Of a DNA stretch of 32,259 bases, positions 24,010 to 32,259 are shown one piece after another (position 1 is the stretch's first letter; every line of letters begins with the position of its first letter). This DNA is from an uncultured Thermodesulfobacteriota bacterium (GTDB lineage Bacteria > Desulfobacterota > Desulfarculia > G963662305). The translations under genes and the position numbers were made by a program. The notes under the pieces were generated by a model. The model worked only from the letters and a program-made list of their open reading frames with translations. It made no database searches and was not told the origin of the DNA. Location: positions 1 through 32,259 of the forward strand of contig CAYXRH010000003.1 of NCBI GenBank assembly GCA_964466355.1. The letters run 5' to 3'.

Positions 24010-26513
24010 TGAAGAAAACGCGGGTCTATGAGCTGGCCAAGGAGTTCCGCAAGGACACGCGGGAGCTCTTAGACCTTTTGCACGAAATGGACATTGAAGC
24101 CGTCAGCCACGCTTCGTCCCTGCCTGAGGACCAGGCGGAGCGGGTCCGAGAGCGCCTGCGCGCCGCTCAGACTCACCAGATCATCCAAAAGCGCATCTCC
24201 AGCGGTGTCATCCGCCGCCGCCGCAAAGAAATCAAACCCAAGCCCGAATTGGAGCCAGCCCCGCCGGCGGCGTCCGAAGCGCCGGCAGAGGCGATCTCAG
24301 AAGCCGCGCCGCCGCCCGCGGTCGAGGAGGCGCCGCCACCTTTGGAGTTGGAGCCCGTGGTTGAAGCCCCGACTCCAAAGGAGGAGAAGCCGACGCCGCT
24401 TGAGCCGGAGGCCGCGGAGGACATGCCCAAGGTGCGCAAGCCGCGCTGGGCCGCTCGGAGCGAGAGAGCCCGGATCATCTCCAAGCCGAGCATCACTCCG
24501 GCCGAGACGGATATTGATCTGGATTTGGAGCCGCCCGCCGCGCCGCCCAAGGAGGCGCCGCCGCCGCCCAAGGAGGCGGAGGCGGGCCGGCGGCGCAAAG
24601 GGAGAGCCGAACCCGGTCGTCGTCGAGGCAAGAAGCGCGACGTCTCCCGAGCCGAACTCTACGCCCCGCGTGAAGGCAAGTTCCGGCCGAGCAAGGTCAA
24701 GAAGTCAGCCAAGGCCGCGCTCAAGACCCAGATCACCCAGCCCAAGGCCATCAAGATGCGCATCAAAATGGCCGAAGCCATCTCGGTGGCCGAATTGGCC
24801 AAACGCATGGGCGTCAAGGCCCCGGAGGTGATCAAGCAGCTCATCTCCTTGGGCATGATGGTCACCCTCAACCAGATCATTGATCTGGAGGCAGCGGCCA
24901 TCGTCGCCGCCGAGTTCGGTTACGAGATCGAGCGGTCCGCCTTTGAGGAGTCTGAGCTCATCAAGCCCCGGAAGGACAAGCCGGAGGATTTACGTCCGCG
25001 GCCGCCGGTGGTGACCATCATGGGTCACGTCGATCACGGCAAGTCCTCGCTCCTGGAGGCCCTCTCGACCCACAATCTCAAGATCGTCGACGGCGAGGCC
25101 GGCGGCATCACCCAGCACATCGGCGCTTACAAGGTCAAAGCCGACGGCGGCCCCATCGTCTTTCTCGACACGCCCGGTCACGAAGCCTTCACGGCCATGC
25201 GGGCCCGGGGCGCCCAGGTGACCGACATCGTGGTCTTGGTCGTCGCCGCCGACGACGGCGTCATGGACCAAACCAGAGAGGCCATCAACCACGCCCGGGC
25301 GGCCGAGGTGCCGATCATCGTCGCCGTCAACAAAATGGACAAGTTGAACATAGATCCCGAACGGGTCAAACGAGAGCTCTCCGAGCTGGGCCTGGCCCCC
25401 GAAGACTGGGGCGGGGAGACTCTCTTCGTTTTCGTTTCGGCCAAGACCGGCCTCGGTCTCGACGACCTCCTCGAAGCCATCCGCCTCCAGGCCGAAATCT
25501 TGGAGCTGAAGGCCAACCCGGACAAACTGGCCCTGGGGCGCATCGTCGAGGCTCAGTTGGATCGGGGGCGGGGCGCCGTGGCCACAGTGCTCGTTCAAAA
25601 CGGCACCCTGCGCGTCGGCGACGCCTTCGTGGTCGGAGCGCAATACGGCAAGGTGCGGGCCCTTTTTAACGACCTCGGCCAGGCGGTGGACGAGGCCAGC
25701 CCCTCAGATCCGGTGCTGGTTCAAGGTTTGAGCGGCGTGCCCGAGGCCGGCGACGAATTTTTGGTCGTCGACGACGAGAGAACGGCCCGTCAAGTCAGCG
25801 CCCATCGTCAGGCCAAGCGTCGCGAGACCGAGCTGAGCCAGACGACCCGCCTCTCCCTGGAAAGCTTCATGGAACAAGCCGAGGTCGGGGAAGCCAAGGA
25901 GTTGAACATCGTCATCAAGGCCGACGTCCAGGGCTCCATTGAGGCTCTGCGCGACGCCTTGGAAAAGCTGAGCACCGACAAGGTCAAGCTGAGCGTCATC
26001 CACTCCGGCGTGGGCGCCATCACCGAGTCGGACATCATGCTCGCCGCAGCCTCCGAGGCCGTCGTCGTCGGCTTCAACGTCCGGGCCAATCCCAAAGCGG
26101 CCGAGGTGGTGGAGGCTGAACGGGTCGAGGTGCGCTACTACGACGTCATATACAAGGCCATCGAAGACATCAAGGAGGCCATGACCGGGCTTTTGGAATC
26201 CATCTTCAAGGAGCACGTCCTCGGTCAGGCCGAGGTTCGGGAGGTCTTCCGCGTGCCTCGGGTGGGCTCGGTGGCCGGCTGCTACATCACCGACGGCAAC
26301 GTCCGCCGCGGCGCCCCGGCCCGACTGATCAGGGACGGCGTGGTCGTTTACAACGGAAAGGTCGCTTCGCTGAGGCGCTTCAAGGACGACGTCCGCGAAG
26401 TGGCCGCCGGGTACGAGTGCGGCGTCAGCCTGGAGAACTTCAACGACATCAAGGTCGGGGACCTCATCGAGATCTACGAGTTGGAGGAGATCAGACCGAC
26501 CTTGGAGGATTAG
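24009..26513 (+). CDS. infB: Translation initiation factor IF-2
   Basis: ATG 24009 overlaps the ylxR stop (TGATG); the track start is TTG 24006. N-terminus [13 protein letters not shown], a long Pro/Ala/Glu/Lys-rich linker, a GTPase domain ([24 protein letters not shown]) and conserved C-terminal domains. Confidence 0.97.
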   Translation: MKKTRVYELAKEFRKDTRELLDLLHEMDIEAVSHASSLPEDQAERVRERLRAAQTHQIIQKRISSGVIRRRRKEIKPKPELEPAPPAASEAPAEAISEAAPPPAVEEAPPPLELEPVVEAPTPKEEKPTPLEPEAAEDMPKVRKPRWAARSERARIISKPSITPAETDIDLDLEPPAAPPKEAPPPPKEAEAGRRRKGRAEPGRRRGKKRDVSRAELYAPREGKFRPSKVKKSAKAALKTQITQPKAIKMRIKMAEAISVAELAKRMGVKAPEVIKQLISLGMMVTLNQIIDLEAAAIVAAEFGYEIERSAFEESELIKPRKDKPEDLRPRPPVVTIMGHVDHGKSSLLEALSTHNLKIVDGEAGGITQHIGAYKVKADGGPIVFLDTPGHEAFTAMRARGAQVTDIVVLVVAADDGVMDQTREAINHARAAEVPIIVAVNKMDKLNIDPERVKRELSELGLAPEDWGGETLFVFVSAKTGLGLDDLLEAIRLQAEILELKANPDKLALGRIVEAQLDRGRGAVATVLVQNGTLRVGDAFVVGAQYGKVRALFNDLGQAVDEASPSDPVLVQGLSGVPEAGDEFLVVDDERTARQVSAHRQAKRRETELSQTTRLSLESFMEQAEVGEAKELNIVIKADVQGSIEALRDALEKLSTDKVKLSVIHSGVGAITESDIMLAAASEAVVVGFNVRANPKAAEVVEAERVEVRYYDVIYKAIEDIKEAMTGLLESIFKEHVLGQAEVREVFRVPRVGSVAGCYITDGNVRRGAPARLIRDGVVVYNGKVASLRRFKDDVREVAAGYECGVSLENFNDIKVGDLIEIYELEEIRPTLED

Positions 26514-26516
26514 GCG

Positions 26517-26819
26517 TTGATCATCGCCGCGGCTCAACTGACCCTGCTAATCCCGGCCGTGGCCTCGCTCAAGGGCAAGCGCAAAGCTCTGCGTTCGCTC
26601 AAGGACCGGGTCAAAAGCCGGTTCAACGTAGCTATCGCCGAGGTGGGCGCCCTGGATAGATGGCAGCGGGCCGAGATCGGCGTGGTGACCGTGGGCAACG
26701 ATCAGCGAGTCCTCAACGCCAAAATGGACAAGCTTTTGGGTTACATCGAATCCACGGGCCTGGTGGAGCCGGTTTCGGCCCAGGTGGAATACATCCACAC
26801 TTCTGGAGAATGGGATTGA
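26517..26819 (+). CDS. DUF503 family protein (YlxP-like)
   Basis: 100 aa with a TTG start. LTLLIPAVASLKGKRKALRSLKDRVKSRFNVAIAEVG fits DUF503. It occupies the conserved position between infB and rbfA. Confidence 0.75.
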   Translation: MIIAAAQLTLLIPAVASLKGKRKALRSLKDRVKSRFNVAIAEVGALDRWQRAEIGVVTVGNDQRVLNAKMDKLLGYIESTGLVEPVSAQVEYIHTSGEWD

Positions 26820-27157
26820 TGTCCTCCCGGCGAACCAAGCGGGTCGCCGAGGCGCTCCGGCAAGAGCTGGGCTTCATCCTCACCACCCAAACCCGCGATC
26901 CACGGCTCAAGGGAGTGGCCATCTCAGAGGTGGATGTCGCGCCCGACTTGAAGCGAGCATACGTCTACTTCTTTTGCGCCCCGGGCCAGGAGGACAAAGC
27001 CTTGGAGGGGCTCACTCAGGCGGCGGGGTTTTTGAGACGGGAGGCGGCGGCCAGATTGAGTTTAAGGTTCATGCCCGAGTTGATTTATCGCCACGACGAT
27101 TCCCTGGACAGGGGTCGGGCCATGGACGATCTGTTGGCCTCACTCAAGGATGAGTAA
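26819..27157 (+). CDS. rbfA: Ribosome-binding factor A
   Basis: ATG 26819 overlaps the preceding stop (TGATG); ATG 26810 is an alternative. MSSRRTKRVAEALRQELGFIL...DPRLKGVAISEVDVAPDLKRAYVYF. Confidence 0.9.
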   Translation: MSSRRTKRVAEALRQELGFILTTQTRDPRLKGVAISEVDVAPDLKRAYVYFFCAPGQEDKALEGLTQAAGFLRREAAARLSLRFMPELIYRHDDSLDRGRAMDDLLASLKDE

Positions 27158-28125
27158 TGATTAACGCCATCTGCCAGGAGATCAGGCGCCGGTCCAAGTG
27201 GCTGGTGACTTCCCACCTCAATCCTGACGGGGACGCCGTCGGCTCCCTGGTGGGCTTGGGGCTTCTGCTCAAAGATCTGGGCAAGGACGTGCTCCTTTAC
27301 AACTTCGACGGCGTGCCCGATCTCTACCGCTTTTTACCCGGCGCCGACCTGGTTAAAAAAGAACTCCGTCGCTTCGATTTCGAGGGCGCGATTGTTCTTG
27401 ACTCCGGCGACGCGGAGCGGGTCGGCCCCTTGAGCCAGCAGATTCTCGAAATCCCCCTGGTCATCAACATCGATCACCACCTCTTTGAGGAGCCGTGGGG
27501 TGATTTGCGCTGGATCGACGTCTCCGCCGCGGCGGTGGGCGAGATGCTGCACCGCCTCGCGGGGCTGATTCCGATATCGATCAGCCCCGAGGCGGCCTTG
27601 AACTTTTACACCGCTTTGATGACCGACACCCTGTCCTTCCGCCACTCCAACACCACGCCGCGCTCACTAACCGTGGCCTCAGAGCTGGTCGAACTGGGGG
27701 CGGATCCAGCCCTGGCCGCCCGAAAAGTCTATTCATACGGCGCCCCTGGCCGGATTCGTCTTCTGGCCCGGGTGCTCGACACTCTGGAGCTGGCCGCTGA
27801 AGGGCGCATCGGCTTTTTGTACGTTGATCAGGCCGACTTTGAAGCCACCGGCACCACACCGGCCGACCTGGACGGCTTCGTGGAATACGCCCGCGGAGTC
27901 GAGGGCGTGGCGGTGGCCGCTCTGGTGAGGCAGGAGAAGGAGGGGCACAAGCTCAGCCTTCGCTCCACGGGGCTGGTGGACGTGGCTCGTCTGGCCGCCG
28001 GGTTCGGCGGCGGCGGGCACCGCCTGGCGGCGGGCTTCTTTGTTCCGGGAGGCCAAGAGGAGGCCAAGAGGGCCGTGATCGAAGCCGCCGAAAAGGCCTT
28101 GACCGAGGCGGGGAGTTATGACTAA
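27157..28125 (+). CDS. nrnA: DHH family phosphoesterase, NrnA-like (oligoribonuclease / pAp phosphatase)
   Basis: 322 aa. Motifs HLNPDGDAVGS, DSGD, NIDHH, DT..F and a DHHA1 GGGGH. The start overlaps the rbfA stop (TAATG). Confidence 0.85.
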   Translation: MINAICQEIRRRSKWLVTSHLNPDGDAVGSLVGLGLLLKDLGKDVLLYNFDGVPDLYRFLPGADLVKKELRRFDFEGAIVLDSGDAERVGPLSQQILEIPLVINIDHHLFEEPWGDLRWIDVSAAAVGEMLHRLAGLIPISISPEAALNFYTALMTDTLSFRHSNTTPRSLTVASELVELGADPALAARKVYSYGAPGRIRLLARVLDTLELAAEGRIGFLYVDQADFEATGTTPADLDGFVEYARGVEGVAVAALVRQEKEGHKLSLRSTGLVDVARLAAGFGGGGHRLAAGFFVPGGQEEAKRAVIEAAEKALTEAGSYD

Positions 28126-29065
28126 CAAACCCCCCCATCAAGGCCTCTCAGCCGACGGCCTGCTGGTCATAGACAAGCCCCCGAGGCTGAGCTCGGCTCA
28201 AGTGGTGGAGCGGATAAAGCGCCTCACCAGACCGAAACGCATCGGCCACACCGGCACTTTGGATCCCTTTGCCACCGGCGTGTTGGTCCTCTGCTTCAAC
28301 CAGGCCACCAAACTGGCCGGGTTTCTGATGGACCAAGACAAAATCTATGAAGGGACGATGCTTTTAGGGATCGAGACCGACACCCTCGATCCCACTGGCC
28401 AGGTCATTCGACGGGCGCCGGTGGCCGTCTCGCTCGAGGCCGTGGTGGAAGCGGGGCGGATATTCGTCGGCCAAATAAGCCAAAGACCGCCGGCTTATTC
28501 GGCCCTGAAGCGGGACGGGGAGCGGCTCTACGACAAGGCCCGGCGAGGCGAGGCGGTGGAGGTCGGCCCCCGGGAGGTGACGATTTACAGCCTCAAGGTG
28601 ACCCGGACCGAGCTTCCCCGGGTGGAATTTGAGGTTCATTGCTCCAAGGGGACCTATGTCCGGGCTTTGGCCCGCGACTGGGGCAAGGCCCTGGGCTGCG
28701 GCGGGCATCTGGAGTCCCTGCGCCGTCTCCAAGCCGGATCATTCTCCATCGAGCAGGCCTTGCTTCTGGGTCAAATCGAGGCCCTGGCGGCCCGGCGCTC
28801 CCTGGCCTCGCGGTTGATCCCGCCGGCCAAGGCCCTGCCAGAGTGGCCCCGGCTCGTCTTGAGCCCTGAGGCGGCCAATAAAATCATCAACGGACAGGCC
28901 TTGGAGAGCGATGAGCTGACCGGCCTCTCGCCCCGGTTCTTGAAGCTCGGCCAGCGCCTCAAGCTGACCGACTCCACCGGCCAGCTCATCGCTCTGGCCG
29001 AACTGGCCTCGGCCAGCGGACGGGCGGGTCTCAAGGCCCATCCCATCCGCGTGCTGCAAGTCTAG
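28118..29065 (+). CDS. truB: tRNA pseudouridine(55) synthase
   Basis: 315 aa containing [17 protein letters not shown], the catalytic [24 protein letters not shown], and a PUA-like C-terminus. Confidence 0.95.
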   Translation: MTNKPPHQGLSADGLLVIDKPPRLSSAQVVERIKRLTRPKRIGHTGTLDPFATGVLVLCFNQATKLAGFLMDQDKIYEGTMLLGIETDTLDPTGQVIRRAPVAVSLEAVVEAGRIFVGQISQRPPAYSALKRDGERLYDKARRGEAVEVGPREVTIYSLKVTRTELPRVEFEVHCSKGTYVRALARDWGKALGCGGHLESLRRLQAGSFSIEQALLLGQIEALAARRSLASRLIPPAKALPEWPRLVLSPEAANKIINGQALESDELTGLSPRFLKLGQRLKLTDSTGQLIALAELASASGRAGLKAHPIRVLQV

Positions 29066-29093
29066 GAGTATTCCCTTTAAGGAGGAAAACGAA

Positions 29094-29363
29094 GTGCCCT
29101 TATCCGGTGAAACAAAGAGAGCCATCATCGACAAGCACAAGGTTCACGACACCGACACCGGATCCCCTGAGGTCCAGATCGCTCTCTTGACCCAGCGGAT
29201 CGCCGACCTGACCGATCATTTCAAGATCCACGCCAAGGATCACCATTCCCGCCGCGGTCTGCTCAAACTGGTCGGCCGGCGCCGCCGCTTGCTCAACTAT
29301 CTCAAAGGCAAGGACGTAAATCGCTATCGAGCCCTCATCGAGGAGCTGGGCCTCAGAAAGTAG
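29094..29363 (+). CDS. rpsO: 30S ribosomal protein S15
   Basis: 89 aa with a GTG start after [59 protein letters not shown]. Confidence 0.96.
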   Translation: MPLSGETKRAIIDKHKVHDTDTGSPEVQIALLTQRIADLTDHFKIHAKDHHSRRGLLKLVGRRRRLLNYLKGKDVNRYRALIEELGLRK

Positions 29364-29385
29364 CCCTGAGCCAGAAAGGACGAAA

Positions 29386-31539
29386 ATGCAGAAAACAGTA
29401 GAGTGTGAACTGGGCGGCCAACCCCTGGTCATCGAAACGGGCCGGGTGGCCAAACAGGCTGACGGCGCCACCGTGGTTCGGTACGGCGACACCATGGTCC
29501 TGGTGACGGCCGTCTCCACGCAGGACATCAGGGAAGGCATCGACTTCTTCCCCTTGACCGTGGACTATCAGGAGATGGCCTGGGCGGCCGGACGAATTCC
29601 GGGCAACTTTTTCCGCCGCGAGGTGGGGCGGCCGAGCGCCAAGGAGACTCTCACCTCGCGGGTCATCGACCGCCCCTTGAGACCGCGCTTCCCCAGGGGC
29701 TACCGCAATGAGACCCAGATCATCGCCAACGTCCTCTCTTCGGACACGGAAAACGACGCCGACGTGCTGGCCTTGGTCGGCGCCTCGGCGGCGCTGTGCG
29801 TCTCGGACATTCCCTGGGACGGACCGCTGGCCGGTTGTCGGGTCGGCCGGCTGGACGGCCAATGGATCATCAACCCGACCAGAACTCAACTGGAGCGGTG
29901 TGACGTCAACATCATCGTCGCCGGCAGCGCCGAGGCCATCGTCATGGTCGAGGGTGGGGCCAGGTTCGTCCCGGAGGAGGACATCCTGGAGGCGATCTTC
30001 CACGCCCACCAAGCCGTGCAGCCGGTCATCGACATCCAGCGCCAACTCATGAGCGCCGCGGGCAAGCCCAAAAGGCCCTTTGCGCCGCCCCAGGCCGACC
30101 TCGAACTGGCCCAACGGGTGCGCGAACTGGGGCATCAAGGCGTCAAAGAAGCGGCGGTCATCCCCCAGAAGCTGCCCCGCTACGACGCCTTCAGGAAGCT
30201 CAAAAAAGAGGTCATCGCCGCCTTGGGCGAGGAAGGACAGACGCGCGCCGCGGAGGTGAGCGATTTTCTGGATGACCTCAAGTCCGAGGTGGTGCGGGGC
30301 ATGATCCTCAACGAGAAGCGCCGCATCGACGGCCGGGGGCTTGAGGAGGTGAGGCCCGTGTCCTGCGACGTCGGCGTCCTGCCCCGGGCCCACGGATCGG
30401 CCCTCTTCACCCGGGGCGAGACCCAGGCCCTGGTGACGACCACCCTGGGCACCAGCGGCGACGAACAGCGCATCGAAAACATCATGGGCGACTCCCAGAA
30501 GGGATTCCTCTTCCACTACAACTTCCCGCCGTTCAGCGTGGCCGAGGCCAAGATGCTCCGGGGGCCGTCCCGCCGCGACATCGGCCACGGCGCCCTGGCC
30601 GAGCGGGCCCTGACCGAGGCCCTGCCGAGCAAGGATGAATTCTATTACACCATCCGCGTCGTATCCGACATTCTCGAATCCAACGGCTCCTCCTCCATGG
30701 CTTCGGTCTGCGGCGGCTCGCTGGCCCTGATGGACGCCGGCGTGCCCGTGAAAACGGCCATCGCCGGCGTGGCCATGGGCCTCATCAAAGAAAAAGAACA
30801 GCTCGCCATCCTGACCGACATCCTCGGCGACGAGGACCATCTGGGGGACATGGACTTTAAGATCGCCGGCTCGCACGAAGGCGTCACGGCCATCCAGATG
30901 GACATAAAGATCGCCGAGATCGACCGCCAGATCATGAGCCAAGCCCTCACCCAGGCCAAGGCCGGCCGCTTGCACATCTTGGAGAAGATGGACGCCGCCA
31001 TCGCCCGGCCCCGGACGAGCCTCTCGGACTTCGCGCCGCGCATCGTGGCCATTCAAATCAAGCCCGAGCGCATCAGGGACGTCATCGGCCCCGGCGGCCG
31101 GGTGATCAAGTCCATCAGCGCCGAGACGGGTTGCAAGGTGGACGTCGAGGACTCGGGCCGCATCCTCGTCGCCGGCTCCGACGCCGCGGCCATTGACCAG
31201 GCCATCGAGCTCATAAAATCCATCACCCAGGAGGCCGAGATAGACGGCGTCTACGACGGCGTGGTCAGAAGGATCACCGACTTCGGCGCCTTTGTCGAGA
31301 TCCTGCCCGGCGTGGACGGGCTGGTCCACATCTCGGAACTGGCCTACCATCGGGTCGAAAAGGTGACCGACATCCTGAAGGAGGGCGACCAGGTCAAGGT
31401 CAAGGTCATTGACATCGATCCCTCGGGCAAGGTCCGCCTCTCGCGCAAGGTTCTCTTGGAAAAACCGGCCGATTACGCGCCGGAAGACAAGGGCCAACCC
31501 CGCCGCGACTCCAGGGGTCGGCGCCGCGGGGGTCGCTGA
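29386..31539 (+). CDS. pnp: Polyribonucleotide nucleotidyltransferase (PNPase)
   Basis: 717 aa. Two RNase PH domains ([55 protein letters not shown]), a KH domain ([11 protein letters not shown]), an S1 domain ([19 protein letters not shown]) and a basic tail. Confidence 0.97.
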   Translation: MQKTVECELGGQPLVIETGRVAKQADGATVVRYGDTMVLVTAVSTQDIREGIDFFPLTVDYQEMAWAAGRIPGNFFRREVGRPSAKETLTSRVIDRPLRPRFPRGYRNETQIIANVLSSDTENDADVLALVGASAALCVSDIPWDGPLAGCRVGRLDGQWIINPTRTQLERCDVNIIVAGSAEAIVMVEGGARFVPEEDILEAIFHAHQAVQPVIDIQRQLMSAAGKPKRPFAPPQADLELAQRVRELGHQGVKEAAVIPQKLPRYDAFRKLKKEVIAALGEEGQTRAAEVSDFLDDLKSEVVRGMILNEKRRIDGRGLEEVRPVSCDVGVLPRAHGSALFTRGETQALVTTTLGTSGDEQRIENIMGDSQKGFLFHYNFPPFSVAEAKMLRGPSRRDIGHGALAERALTEALPSKDEFYYTIRVVSDILESNGSSSMASVCGGSLALMDAGVPVKTAIAGVAMGLIKEKEQLAILTDILGDEDHLGDMDFKIAGSHEGVTAIQMDIKIAEIDRQIMSQALTQAKAGRLHILEKMDAAIARPRTSLSDFAPRIVAIQIKPERIRDVIGPGGRVIKSISAETGCKVDVEDSGRILVAGSDAAAIDQAIELIKSITQEAEIDGVYDGVVRRITDFGAFVEILPGVDGLVHISELAYHRVEKVTDILKEGDQVKVKVIDIDPSGKVRLSRKVLLEKPADYAPEDKGQPRRDSRGRRRGGR

Positions 31540-31540
31540 G

Positions 31541-32259
31541 TTGCACGCCCGCACCGAGCTGGAAAACGGCCTTAAGGTCGTCACCGAGCGCATGGAGAGC
31601 GTGCGATCGCTGTCCATCGGCTTCTGGGTCAACGTCGGCTCCAGGGACGAGACCGACCGCCAGGCCGGCATGGCGCACATGATCGAGCACATGATCTTCA
31701 AGGGCACCGAGCGCCGCTCCGCCCTGGAGATCGCCAAGGAGATCGACGCCATCGGGGGCTTGAGCAACGCCTTCACCTCCCGGGAGCAGACCTGCTTTCA
31801 CGCCAAGGTGGTCGACGACCACCTCGAGAAGATCGTTGACCTCCTCTCGGACATATTCTTGAACTCCATCTTCGCCCCGGATGAGCTCAAGCGCGAGCAA
31901 GACGTGATCCTGCAAGAGATCAGGATGGTCGAGGACTCCCCCGAGGATCACGTCCACCATCTGACCCCGGAGCTTTTTTGGGGCGACAATCCGCTGGGCC
32001 GGCCGATACTGGGGCGGCGGGAATCCGTGGCCGCCATGACCTCGGGCAGCCTCAAAGACTATCTCCGCTCGGCCTACCGACCGGAGAGGATCGTCGTCGC
32101 CGCGGCCGGCCACCTCGACCACCACAAGGTGGTGGACCTCATTCGCCCCACCTTCAGCCAGATCGCCCCTGGCGACGGCCCGCCGGCCAGGTCCAGGCCG
32201 TGGCCTCAATCCGGCGACCTGATCAGGGAAAAAGATCAGGAGGCGGTTCACCTCTGCCT
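31541..32259 (+). CDS. M16 family (pitrilysin-like) zinc peptidase, 3' end outside window
   Basis: Not in the track because it runs off the window. TTG 31541 lies 1 nt after the pnp stop. The translation (M)HARTELENGLKVVTERMESVRSLSIGFWVNVGSRDE...GMAHMIEHMIFKGT contains the inverted zincin motif HxxEH. Confidence 0.88.
   Translation, partial: MHARTELENGLKVVTERMESVRSLSIGFWVNVGSRDETDRQAGMAHMIEHMIFKGTERRSALEIAKEIDAIGGLSNAFTSREQTCFHAKVVDDHLEKIVDLLSDIFLNSIFAPDELKREQDVILQEIRMVEDSPEDHVHHLTPELFWGDNPLGRPILGRRESVAAMTSGSLKDYLRSAYRPERIVVAAAGHLDHHKVVDLIRPTFSQIAPGDGPPARSRPWPQSGDLIREKDQEAVHLC

Noticed and set aside
24094-24831. 245-aa alternative-frame ORF (Arg/Pro/Ser-rich) inside the infB linker region, plus 7198..7773 over infC and 20241..21032 over fprA and the HEAT gene
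   Set aside because: These are off-frame readings of GC-rich and repetitive coding sequence. Their composition is typical of frame-shifted translation, and they lack starts with an SD. The primary frames are clearly conserved proteins.
29353-31776. 807-aa stop-free minus-strand ORF covering almost all of pnp
   Set aside because: It is antisense to an unambiguous PNPase gene. The translation is Ala/Gly/Arg/Asp-rich low-complexity sequence with no motifs. Long antisense open frames are an expected artefact of high-GC codon usage. The same reasoning applies to 31406..32251, 25704..26537, 24990..25643, 9813..10676, 7949..8677, 2635..3417 and 19765..20385 (all minus strand).
1-32259. CRISPR arrays, IS elements, integrases, prophage or toxin-antitoxin modules
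   Set aside because: I found no direct-repeat/spacer periodicity, terminal inverted repeats, transposase or recombinase motifs, or sharp compositional island. The only AT-rich patches are short intergenic promoter regions.

Overview
High-GC (roughly 60-65% by eye) bacterial chromosomal window, densely coded and almost entirely on the + strand. About two thirds is conserved housekeeping. One block is tRNA-Val, thrS-infC-rpmI-rplT-pheS-pheT-ihfA. The other is tRNA-Gly, rimP-nusA-ylxR-infB-DUF503-rbfA-nrnA-truB-rpsO-pnp and an M16 peptidase. Between them lies a large oxygen/ROS-defence cluster typical of strict anaerobes: PerR-like Fur regulator, HMA protein, rubrerythrin, desulfoferrodoxin, iron-sulfur flavoprotein, flavodoxin, rubredoxin, flavodiiron protein and a HEAT-repeat protein. 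This gene content suggests a Desulfobacterota-like anaerobe, which is inference only. No mobile elements, CRISPR arrays or rRNA were seen. The less ordinary parts are listed here. (1) A translationally coupled pseudo-receiver plus orphan FlhG/MinD/CpaE-type ATPase pair sits behind the largest noncoding stretch in the window (about 0.5 kb), which carries two tandem 19-bp palindromic repeats. (2) A signal-peptide-bearing Fn3-like/discoidin domain protein is fused to a class-I glutamine amidotransferase-like domain. (3) A ylxR-like gene has its conserved RTCxGC motif upstream of any canonical start codon; only an ATA codon with a strong SD, or a -1 shift on an A6 run at the nusA stop, could supply that motif. 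(4) infC also requires a non-canonical ATA or ATT start. (5) A rubredoxin gene is absent from the ORF track. I cannot show that any of these is a truly undescribed system. The pseudo-receiver/ATPase module with its upstream repeats and the exported GATase fusion are my best candidates. All family assignments come from motif recognition in the translations, not from database searches.
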